Shown here in pieces: positions 53,372 through 64,000 of a DNA stretch of 64,000 bases. This DNA is from the human T2T-CHM13v2.0 reference genome, Homo sapiens, in assembly GCF_009914755.1 (NCBI RefSeq), contig NC_060937.1; one strand, 5' to 3'. Position 1 is the first letter of the stretch. Each line of letters begins with the position of its first letter. The notes below the pieces were generated by a model. The model did not search any database and was not told where the DNA came from. It saw nothing but the letters and a program-made list of their open reading frames with translations. A program made the position numbers and the translations under genes.

Positions 53372-54351
53372 TGCTATGCTTTAAATGTCACCACCAAAAT
53401 TTATTTTGAAACTAATTGTCACGGAAGCAGTTGCAAAAGGTCAGGCCTTTAGGAGATAATTAAGCCATGAGGACTCCACTCTCATGAATGAGTGAAGGTC
53501 ATTATCATTAGAGTAGGTTAGTTATCACAAGAGTAGGTTAGTTATAAAAGAAAAAAGTAAAACAAATGTGATAATCACTACTATGAAAACCAGGTCAAAG
53601 AATTTAAAACAGAACTATCATTTGACCCAGTAATCCCAAAATTGGGTATATGCCCCAAGGAAAATAGATTATTATGCCAAAAAGATATATGTGCTTGTAT
53701 GTTCGTCAACATGCTTTTCACAATAGCAAAGACCTGGAATCAAACTAGATGTTTATCAGTGGTGGATTAGAAAAAGAAAATGTGGTACATATGCACCACA
53801 GAATACTACACAACCATAAAAAAGAATGAAATAATGTCTTTTTCAGCAACATGGATAAAGCTAGAGGCCATAATCCTAAGCGAATTAATGCAGAAACAGG
53901 AAACCAAATACTGCATGTTCTCACTTATAAGTGGAAGCTAAACATTGAGTGTCCATGGACATAAACATGGGAACAATAGACACTGTAAACTATTAGAGGA
54001 TGGGGGAAAGGAGGAAAATGTGGATCAAAAACCTATCTATTAAGCATTATGCTCACTACCAGGGTGCAGTATATCCATGTAACAAACCTGCACATGTACC
54101 CCAGTATCTAAAATAAAACTTGAAAAAATAAATAAAAATAAAAAGTGTGCCCCTCATTTTCTCTCTGTCTCATGTGCTCATTTACCATTCCTTCCACCAT
54201 GGGAAAATGCAGCACAAAGACCCTCACCACATGCTGATGCCATGCTCTTGGACTTCTCAGCCTCTAGAAATGCGAGAAATAAATTTATTTTCTCTATAAA
54301 CTACCCAGTCTGTCGTATTCTGTTACTGCAACAGAAAAACAGACTAAGATA
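53372..54351 (+). mobile_element. MST-type LTR split by an L1 insertion
   Basis: tgctatgctttaaatgtc...; ...ggacttctcagcctctagaa...agactaagata; TSD ctgac/ctggc. Confidence 0.85.
53551..54143 (+). mobile_element. L1PA15/16-like 3' end
   Basis: ttctcacttataagtggaagctaaacattgag...ggacataaacatgggaacaatagacactg...acaaacctgcacatgtacc, then an A-rich tail. Confidence 0.9.
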
Positions 54352-57300
54352 CTGGCCTTTAGCAGTGATTAAAGATAAATAGAAAATCTTGCAGATAAGC
54401 ATTTAGAATTCAGACAGGTCATCTGGATAATGCTTCTGTATTAAATGTTATGAATGGCAATAAGACCTTAACATGACACAAAGACACAAGTCTACAGGGC
54501 CTATGGTAGGTGCTCTGTGACAAAGAAAATCTGTGACATTTGCTAGAGTCTATCTGAATTCAAGGCATATTAACCTATTCTTATACACAAGTGTGTGGTT
54601 TCAAAATAGGTTTCCATAAGAATGTGATAGCCTTCCTGGTGTTAATATATTATATATCAATCTATTAATAACATAGAATATATATATGTATCTATACATT
54701 CTATCAGAAAGCACAGTGGGGCAGCTTAAGCCAGAAATAGGAAAAAATATGGAAAATACAAGTGTCACCTAGAAAAACACATTGTTATTATTTAAGAACC
54801 AGCTATGATAAGAAGATGTGAATGGTGTTGCATGAGCACAGAGCAGCTTAAACCACTTAGGAAGTCAGAGTTTCCTAGAAATAGTAATATTGGAAGGATT
54901 AGCTATATCACAGGCATTCTTTCAATCTGGTTAACTCTTATCCTGGTTAACTTCTTCTAATCCTGCAATTCTAAATTTACCTGCCCACTTTTTCAGTAGC
55001 CATTTTTGTACTTTCTTCTAATCTCAATTTTGTATCTCTTATTCTATTTCATTGAATCCTAATTTTCATAAAAATTGGCAAACATTATAATTACATATCT
55101 ACTTGTATTTTTTCTTTTTTTTTTTACTTTTTATCTTCACAACTAAACTTTAAATTTTGAAGATTAAACACTAAGTCTTTTTTGACCAAATAGCTCTCAA
55201 CAAATATTATTTGAATGCATTGAATAAGAATCAACTTGAGTAACAGGTCAAGGCAAGTATGAAAAAGAAAATGATCAGAAAGAAGTTTTGAAAAGCCATA
55301 AAAGAGAGAAAGAGTTTAACGTATTTATGAAACTAAGAGGAATTCCATTTGGGTGAAGTGCAACGTGCAACAGAGAGCTGGGAAGCATGAAGTTCAGCAG
55401 GTAGTCACAAAGGGCATGAGATTAAGTTTGCTTATGCAATAAGCAAATATTCAGTATGGCTTATTATCAAATACATGTTTTAAACCATGATTAAATGTGT
55501 GTACTCTATTCTATGAAATCATAAATCAATTAACATGATAAAATGTTACAAAATCAAGAAAATATCAAGTGTGTTTTACATTAAGATACTGTACTAAATG
55601 CTGATGAGATCAAAGCATCCTAAATAACTGTATTTTAAATTATTATAAATATGATTGATTCACTTTTTAGAAAGCCCATGATTTCTAGTGATTTCCTATT
55701 TCTATTCTAGGTTCTTACACACATTACATCTTTGTAATATGATTATACTGTAAGCCTATTACTCAAATTCTTCCATGTATTCTATTTTTCCTCATTTCTT
55801 TATTATGATGATAATGAAATATTTCAGACACACTGAAAGTATAAAGCCTTCATGTATTAAATTAACTTTTAAAAATTTCAACTCTTATTTTAGATACGGG
55901 GGGATATGTGCAGGTTTATTAAATGGTTATATTGCACCCAGATAGTGGACACCATACCCAATGGGTAGTTTTTTGACCCACATTCCCTGCTTCCCCCTCC
56001 AGTAGTCCACAGTGTCTATTGTTCCCATGTTTATGTCCATGGGCATTCAGTGTTTAGCTGCCACTTATTGCATGTGAGAACATGCAATATTTGGTTTTCT
56101 GTTTCGGCATTAATTGGTTTAGAATTATGGCCTCCAGCTTTATCCATGTTGCTGCACAAGACATTATTTCATTCTTTTTTACAGTTACATAGTATTCCAT
56201 TGTGCATATGTATCACATTTTCTTTCTCCAGTCCAACATTGATGAGCACCTATGTAGATTCCCTGACTTTGTTATTGTAAATAGCATGATGATAAACATA
56301 CAAGTGCATGTATCTTTTTGGTATGATAATCTATTTCCTTTGGGTATATTCCCAGTAATGGGATTGCTGGGATGAATGGTAGTTCTTTTTTAAGTTCTTT
56401 GAGAAATTTCCAAGCTGCTTTCCACAGTGGCTGAACTGTGTATAAATATTTCCTTTCTCTGAAGCCTTGCCAACATCTGTTGTTTTTCTGACTTTTTAAT
56501 AGTTGACTTCCTGACTAGTATAAGATGGTATCTCCTTGTGGTTTTGATTTGCATTTCTCTGATGATTGGTGATGATAGGCATTTTTTCATACGTTTGTTG
56601 GCCACTTGTATGTCTTCTTTTGAGAAGTGATTGTTCATGTCCTTTGACAATTTTTTTTGTTTGTTTTTTAACTTGTTGATTTGTTTAAGTTCCTCTTAGA
56701 TTCTGGATATTAGACCTTTGTTGGGTGCATACTTTGAGAATATTTTCTCCCATTCTGTAGGTTGTCTGTTTACTCTGTTGATAATTTCTTTGGCTGGGCA
56801 GAAGCTCTATAGTTTAACTGATCATACTTGTTAATTTTTTATTTTTCTTGCAGTTGCATTTGGGTACCTAGCCAAAATTTTTTTGCCAAGGCTGATGTTG
56901 AGAAAGTTATTCCCTAGGTTTTCTTCCAGGATGTTTATAGTTTGAGGTCTTACATTTAAATCTTTAATCCATCTTGAGTTAATTTTCGTATGTGGTGGGT
57001 GAAAGATAAAGGTCTAGTTTTATTCTTCCACATGTGGCTAGCCAGTTATCACACCACCATTTATTGAATAGGAAGTCCTTTCTCTGCAGTTTTTTTTTTT
57101 TTTTTGGCATTGCTCAAAATAAAAAGATTGTAGGTGTATGACTTTACTTCTGAGGTTTTTTTGTGTGTGCCATTTTTCTATGTGTCTGTTTTTCACCAGT
57201 GCCATGCTGTCTTGGTTACTGTAGCCTTATATTATAGTTGAAATCTAGTAGTATGATGTCTCCAGCTTTGTTCTTTTTGCTTAGGATCGCCTTGGCCATT

Positions 57301-57360
57301 TGGGCTCCTTTTGGGTTCCATATGAATTTTAGAACAGTTTTTCTCTAATTCTGTGAAGAA

Positions 57361-58077
57361 TTATATTGATAGCTTGATAGGAATAGCATTGAATCTGTGC
57401 ATTAGGTGGTATGACCACTTTAACAATATTGATTCTTCCAGTCCATGAGCATGGCATGTTTTTCCATTTCTGTCATCTTTGTTTAGTTTTGGGAGTGTTT
57501 TGCAGTTCTTGTTGTAGAGATCTTTTACCTCCCTGGTTAGCTGTATCCCTAGGTATTTCATTTTCTTTGTGGCTATTGTAAATGAGACTGTGATCTTCAT
57601 TTGACTCTCAGACTGGATGTTATTGGTGTATAAAAATGCTACTGATTTTTGTACATTGATTTTGTAACCTGAAAGTTTACTGAAATTATTTACCAGTTCC
57701 AGAAAACTTTTGGTGGAAACTTGAGCATTTTCTAGGCATAGAATCATGTGATCCATGAAGATAGTTTGACGTCCTGTTTTCCTATTTAGATGCCTTTTAT
57801 TTCTTTCTCTGGTTTGATTGTTCTGGCTAGGACTTTCAGTACTAGTTTGAATAGGAGTGGTGAGAACGAGCATCATTTTTTTATTCCAGTTCTCAAGGGA
57901 AATGGGAAATGGTTCCAGCTTTTGTCCATTGAGTGTGATGTTTCCTGTGAGTCTTTCATAAATGGCTCTTATTATTTTGAGGTACAATCCTTCAATACCT
58001 TTTCTGTTGAAGGTTTTTATCATGAAAGGATGTTGGATTTTATTGAAGACTTTTTGTGCGTGTATTGAAATAATCAA
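57361..58077 (-). pseudogene. L1 ORF2 reverse-transcriptase domain remnant
   Basis: MIISIHAQKVFNKIQHPFMIKT...SGYKINVQKSVAFLYTNN; catalytic FADD reads FMDH; internal out-of-frame segment. Confidence 0.9.
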
Positions 58078-58139
58078 ATGGTTTTTTGCTTTTAATTCTG
58101 TTTATGTGGTGAATCATATGTATTGATTTATGTATTTGT

Positions 58140-58464
58140 AAATTTTCTTCATTAAAATATTTTAAATTTATTTTTATTTTGAGACAGGTTCTCACTCTGT
58201 TGCTCAAGCTGAAGTGCAGTGGTCACCACGGCTCATTATAGCCTAGACTTCCCAGGCTCAAGTGATCCTCCCACCTCAGCTTCCTGAGTAGTTGAGACAA
58301 TAGGTAGTTGCCCCCATACCCAGTCAACTTTTTTTTTAATTTTTTGAAGAGACAGAATCTCAGTATTTTGCCCAGGCTTGTCTTAAACATCTAGGCTCAA
58401 GTAATCCTCCTGCCTGGACCTCCCACAGTGCTGAGAGTATACGTATGAGCTACTGCACCTGGCT
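58140..58464 (-). mobile_element. AluJ inside L1
   Basis: ggctcaagtgatcctcccacctcagc...; TSD gattt(t)atgtattt. Confidence 0.92.
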
Positions 58465-61400
58465 GATTTATGTATTTTGAACCAACCTTGCATCCCAGGC
58501 ATAAAGCCTAGTTGATTGAGGTAAATCAACTCTTTGATGTGCTGCTGGATTTAGTTCATTAGTATTTTATTAAGGATTTTTGTGTTTATGTTCATAAGAA
58601 ATATTAGCCTGATGTTTTCTTTCTTCATTGTATGTCTGCCAGATTTTGTTATTAAGCTGATGTTGGCTTAATCGAATGAGTTAGAGAGGAGTCCTTTCTC
58701 CTCAATTTTTTGAAACAGTTTCCGTAGGACTGGTACCGGTTCTTCTTTATATATTTGGTAGAATTCAGCTGTGTATCCATCTTGTCCAGAGCTTTTTTTT
58801 GGTTAGTAGGTTGTTTTATTAGTGATTCAGTTTCAGAGTTGGTTATTGACCTATTCAGAATAACAATTTATTCCTGATTCAATCTTGGGAGTTTGTGTGT
58901 TTCAAATCAATTTCCTCTAGATTTTCTAATTTGTGTGCATATACTTGGTCATAGTAGTCTCTGAGGATCTTTTGTATTTCCATTGGATCAGTTTTAATGT
59001 CATCATTGTCATTTTTTATTGTATTTGGATTTTCTATTGTTTTCTTTATTAGTATACCTAGTGAGCTATTAATGTTATTTTTCAAAGAACCAATCTCTTA
59101 GTTTTATTAACTTTTGTATAAATTTTTTCATTTCAATTTCATTAAGTTCTTCTTTAATTTTGGTTATTTCTTTCCTTCTGCTACCTTTGGCATTGGTTTT
59201 TCCTTTTTTCTTTTCTTTTTTTTTTTTCTAGTTCCTTCAGGTACAAAGTTAGATTGTTAATTCGAGATCTTTCTAACTTCTTGATAAAGATGTTTAGGGC
59301 CATAAACTTTCCTCTTATCATTGATTTAGTTGCATCCCTGAGATTTTGGTAACTTGTATCTTTATTTTCATTAATTTCAAAGCATTTTTTGATTTCTGTA
59401 TTAATTTTTATGCACACCCAGTAATTATTCAGGAGCAAATTGTTTGATTTTCATGTATTTGTGTAGCTTTGAGAGATCTGGATATTAATTTCTGTTTTCA
59501 TTGCCCTGTGGCTTGAGAGTGTATTCAGTATAATTTCAGTTTCTTTTTCATTTACTGAGATTGCTTTACAATCAAGTATGTGGCCAATCTTGAAATATGT
59601 TCTGTATGCAGATGAGAAATATATCTATTCTGCAGTTGTTGGGTGAGTTGTTCTGCAGATGTCTTGTAGATACAATTGGTCAAGCGTTCAATTTAAGTCC
59701 AGAGTTTCTTTGTTAATTTTCTGCCTCGATGATCTGTCCAACGCTGTCAGTAGAGTGTTGAAGTCTTTCACGGTTATTGTGCAGTTATCTGAACTTTTCA
59801 TAGGGCAAGAAGAAATTGCCTTATGAATCTGGTGCTCCAATGTTGGGTACATATATATTTAGGATAATTAAGTCTTCTTATTGGGTTGTACCTTTTATCA
59901 TTATGTAATGCCCTTCATTGTCCTCCTTAATTTGTATTGGTTTAAAGTCTATTTTATCTGATATAAGAATAGCAACTCCTGCACTTCTTTGTTTTCCATT
60001 TGCATGGTATATCTTTCTCCATTATTTTGCTTTGAACTTGTGGGTGTTGTTACATGTGAAATGGGTCTCTTGAAGACAACAGATGGTTGGGTCTTGTTTT
60101 TTCATCCAGCTTGCCACTCTGTCTTTTAAGTGGTCCATTTATAGTCAACATTAATATTGATAGGTGTGATTTTGATCCTCTTATCATGTTGTCAGCTGGT
60201 TGTTATAATGCCTTGATTGTGTAGTTGCTTTATAGTATCTGGAGATTATGTGCTTAAGTGTGTTTCTGTGGTAGCACATGTTCTTTGGATTCCATGTTCA
60301 GCATTCCCTAAGGACCTCTGGTCTTCTAAAACTGGTATAGTTTAAACAAATTCCCTCAGCATTTGTTTGTCTGAAAAGGATTTTATTTCTTCTTCAGTTA
60401 TGAGGCTTAATTTGGAAAGGTATAAAATTCTTTGTTGGAACTTATTTTCTTTATGGGTGCTAAAAATAGGTCCCAACCTCTTCTGGCTTGTACGGTTTCT
60501 AAGAGGTCTGCTACTAGCCTCATGGGGTTCCCTCTGTATGTAACTTGACCCCTGTCTTTACCTGCCTTTATTTTTTGTATTGCATTGACCATGGTGAATC
60601 TGATGACTATCTGATGGTCATTTTGTAGTGTCTAGCTGGGGTTCTCTGTAATTCTTAGATTTGTATGTCAACCTATCTAATGAGATTAGGGAAATTTTCA
60701 TGGACTACATCCTGAGCTAAGTTTTGCATATTGCATATTCTTTCTCTTTCTCTCTCAGAAATGCCAGTGAGTTGTAGATTTGGTCTCTTTACATAATTCC
60801 ATATTTCTCAGAGGTTTTGTTCATTTTTATTAGTTATTTTTCCTTTATTTTTATCTGACTGAGTTGATTCAAAGAACTAGCCATTGAACACTGGGATTCT
60901 TTCCTCAGCTTGATCTTTTTGCTGTTAATACTTCCAATTATATTATGAAATTCTGGTCATGAATATTTAAGCTCTAGAAGTTCAGTTTGATTCTTTCTTA
61001 AAATGGCTTCTTTGTCGTTCAGCTCTTGGATCATTTTACTGTATTCCCTGGGTTGGATTTCAACTTTTTAATGAATTGTAATGAGTTTATTTGTCATTCA
61101 AACTCTGAATTCTATGCCTGTCATTTCAATCATGTTAGACTGGTTAAGAACCGTTGCTCAGGAGTTAGTAGACTCATTTGGATGCAAGGGGACACTGGAT
61201 TTTTGATTTGCCAGAATTCTTGTGCTGATTTCTTCTCATCTGGAAGGGTTGGTGTTCCATTAACTGTGATGTAAGTTGATTATAGTCAGTTAGTTTCATT
61301 TCTGAGTATTTTCAGAGGGTCAGGGCTCTGTAAAGAATGTCTGTTTTGCTCTTGTTGTGGTTACATGGATACGTTTTTCAGAAGTGACTTCTGAGATTTT

Positions 61401-61669
61401 GGTGCACCCATTACACAAGCAGTGTACACTGGACCCAATGTGTAGTCTTTTAACCCCTAGCCTTCCCCTGAGTCCCCAAAGTCCATTATATCATTCTTAT
61501 GCTTTTGTGACCTCATAGGTTAGCTCCCATTTATAAGTGAGAACCTATGATATATAGCTTTCCATTTATGAGTTATTTCACTTATTAATAGAATAATGGT
61601 CTCCAACTCCATCCAGGTTGTTGCAACAGCCACTATTTTGTTCCTTTTTATAGCTGAGTAGTATTCCAT

Positions 61670-61672
61670 GGT

Positions 61673-61718
<46 letters not shown>

Positions 61719-61732
61719 ATATATATATATAT
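61670..61732. repeat. (TG)n(TA)n microsatellite inside L1PB
   Basis: Direct observation. Confidence 0.92.
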
Positions 61733-62145
61733 CACATTTTCTTAATCCACTCATTGGTTGATGGGCAGTTAGGCTCATTCCGTATTTTTGCAATTACAAA
61801 TTGTACTGCTATAAACATAAGTGTGCACGTGTCTATTTCATATAATGACTTATTTTCTTCTGGGTAGATATCCAGTAAGTGGGCTGGATCAAACGGTAGT
61901 TCTACTTTTAGTTCTTTAAGGAATCTTCATACTGTTTTCCATAGTGGTTTGACTAGTTTACATTCCCACCAGCAGTGTATGTGTTCCCTTTTTACCATAT
62001 CCATGCCAATATCTATTATGTTTTGACTTTTAAATTATGGCCATTCTTACAGGAGCAAGGTGGTATCTCCTTGTGGTTTTAATTTGCATTTCCCTATTCA
62101 TTAGTCATGAGCATTTTTTTTGTATGTTTGTTGTCCATTTGTATA

Positions 62146-62147
<2 letters not shown>

Positions 62148-62185
<38 letters not shown>

Positions 62186-62464
62186 GAGACAGAGTCTCAC
62201 TCTGTTGCCCAAGCTGGAGTGCAGTGATGCAATCTTAGCTCACTGCAACCTCCATCTCCCAGGATCAAGGTATTCTTATATCTTAGCCACCCAGATAGCT
62301 GGGATTACAGGTGTACACCACCATGCCTGGCTAATTTTTGTCTTTTTAATAGGACAGGGTTTCACCATGTTGGCCAGGCTGGTCTGAAACCCTGACTTCA
62401 AGTGAGCCACTGGAATTAGCTTCCTAATGTTCTAGGGTTGTAAGCATAAGCCACTACACCCAGC
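62148..62464 (-). mobile_element. Alu (S/J-like) with (TTA)n tail inside L1PB
   Basis: Full dimer; TSD ccatttgtat on both sides. Confidence 0.92.
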
Positions 62465-64000
62465 CCATTTGTATGCCTTCTTTTGATAATTATCTATTTA
62501 TATTCTTTGCCTGCTTTTTAATGGAATTGTTTGTTTTTGCTTGATGATTTGTTTGAAGTCCTTGTAGATTCTGGATATTAGTCCTTTGTCGGATACATAG
62601 TTTGTGAAGATTTTCTCCCACTCTGTGGATTGTCTGTTTACTCTGATAATTATTCCTTTTGCTCTGCAGAAGCCTTTTAGTTTAATTAGGTTCCATCTGT
62701 TTATTTTTGGTTTTGCTGCTTTTGCTTTTGGGTTCGTGGTCATGAACTCTTTGCCTAAGCTAATGTCTAGAAGAGTTTTTCTAATGTTATCTTTTAGAAT
62801 TTTTATGGATTCAGGTTTTAGATTTAAGTCTTTGATCTATCTTTAGTTGATTTTTGTATAAGGTGAAAGATGAGAATCCAGGATCATTCTTCTACATGTG
62901 GCTTGCCAATTATCCCAGCACCATTTGTTAAATAGGGTGCCGTTTACTCATTTTATGTTTTTGTTTGCTTTGTCAAACATCATTTGGCTCTAACTATTTG
63001 GCTTCATTTCTGGGTTCTCTATTCTGTTCCATTGGTCTACATACTATTTTTTATACTAGTAACATGCTGTTTTGGTAACTACAGCCTTGTAGTGTAGTTT
63101 GAAGTTGGGTAATGTGATGCCTCTAGATTTGTTCTTTTTGCTTCATATTACTTTGGCTATGTGGGCTCTTTTTTGGTTCCATATGAATTTTACAATTTTT
63201 TTTTCTAGTTCTGTGAAGAATGATGATAGTACTTTTATGGGAATTGACTTGAATCTGTAGATTATTTTTGGCAGCATGGTCATTTTCACAATATTGATTC
63301 TACCCATCCATGAGCATGGGTTGTGTTTTCATTTGTTTGTGTCACTGATGATTTCTGTCAGCAATGTTTTGTAGTTTTCCTTGTAGAGATCTTTCACCTC
63401 CTTGATTAGGTGTATTTCTAAGTTTTTGTTTTTGTTTTTTCATTTGTCATAAAAGGGATTGAGTTCTTGATTTGACTCTCAGCTTAGTTACTGTTGATGT
63501 ATAACAGTACTACTTATTTGTGTACATTGATTTTCTATCCTGAAACTTTACTGAATTCATTTATCAAATCTAGGAGCTTCTTGGATGAGTTTTTAAGGGT
63601 TTTCTAGGTATGCAATCATATAATTGGCAAATGGTGACAGTTTGCCTTCCTCTTTACTGGTTCAGATGCACTTTTTTCTCTTGTCTGATTGCTCTGGCTA
63701 AGATTTCCGTACTACGTTGAATAAAAATGGTGAAAGTGGGCATCCTTGTCTTGTTCCAGTTCTTAAGAGAAATGTTTTCAACCTTTCCCCATTCAGTATA
63801 ATGTTGGCTGTGGGTTTGTCATAGATGGTTTTTATTACCTTGGGGTATATCTCTTCTATGCCAATTTTGGTGAGAGTTTTAATCATAAAGGTATACTGGA
63901 CTTTGTCAGAAGCTTTTTCTGCATCTATTGAGATAATTGTATAATTTTTGTTTTAAATTATGTTAATGTGATATATCACATTTATTGACTAGCATATGTT

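Larger units (their letters stand above)
55865..61335 (-). mobile_element. Long L1PA15/16-like element (3' UTR, ORF2, ORF1), decayed
   Basis: ORF2 peptides at 56390-56650, 57361-58077, 58879-59085 and 59181-59438; ORF1 peptide at 60407-60592 (GQVTYRGNPMRL). Confidence 0.93.
61340..64000 (-). mobile_element. L1PB-type element running off the window end
   Basis: ggttacatggat...ctgagattttggtgcaccc...gagtccccaaagtccattatatcattcttatgc (L1PB 3' UTR); ORF2 peptide at 63698-63886 ([12 protein letters not shown]). Confidence 0.92.

Noticed and set aside
57361-58077. Longest ORF (238 aa) as a functional reverse transcriptase or domesticated gene
   Set aside because: L1 ORF2 remnant with the catalytic motif mutated (FMDH), an out-of-frame internal segment, and broken flanking ORF2
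62037-62387. 116-aa ORF with poly-Leu (signal-peptide-like)
   Set aside because: Antisense L1 plus the Alu (TTA)n tail

Overview
AT-rich, CpG-depleted primate (human-like) non-coding DNA that is mostly a mosaic of interspersed repeats: Alu (J, S, Y), several ages of L1, L2/MIR, MaLR/ERVL/ERV1 LTRs and hAT/Tigger DNA transposons. I find no credible cellular protein-coding gene, tRNA, rRNA or CRISPR array. The ORF-track entries are chance frames or decayed L1 ORF1/ORF2 pieces. The main structured object is a two-LTR, minus-strand, apparently non-autonomous ERV1 provirus of the LTR8A/B (MER4-group) type at 13612-21534. It has a 4-bp TSD, a decayed tRNA-Pro PBS, a duplicated PPT, an env transmembrane-tail remnant, and an unusually conserved 133-bp block shared by its two LTRs. 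Other notable items are: a polyadenylated, U5-less, 5'-truncated LTR8 copy at ~49255-49754 that looks like an ERV transcript retroposed by L1 into a MIR; several template-switch-like palindromic edits inside old repeats; a THE1/MST-AluY fusion scar; and a repeat-free, motif-rich candidate enhancer near 44.2-44.8 kb. Family names come from recalled consensus sequences, so subfamily calls and most boundaries are approximate. I cannot support a genuinely new biological system from this sequence.
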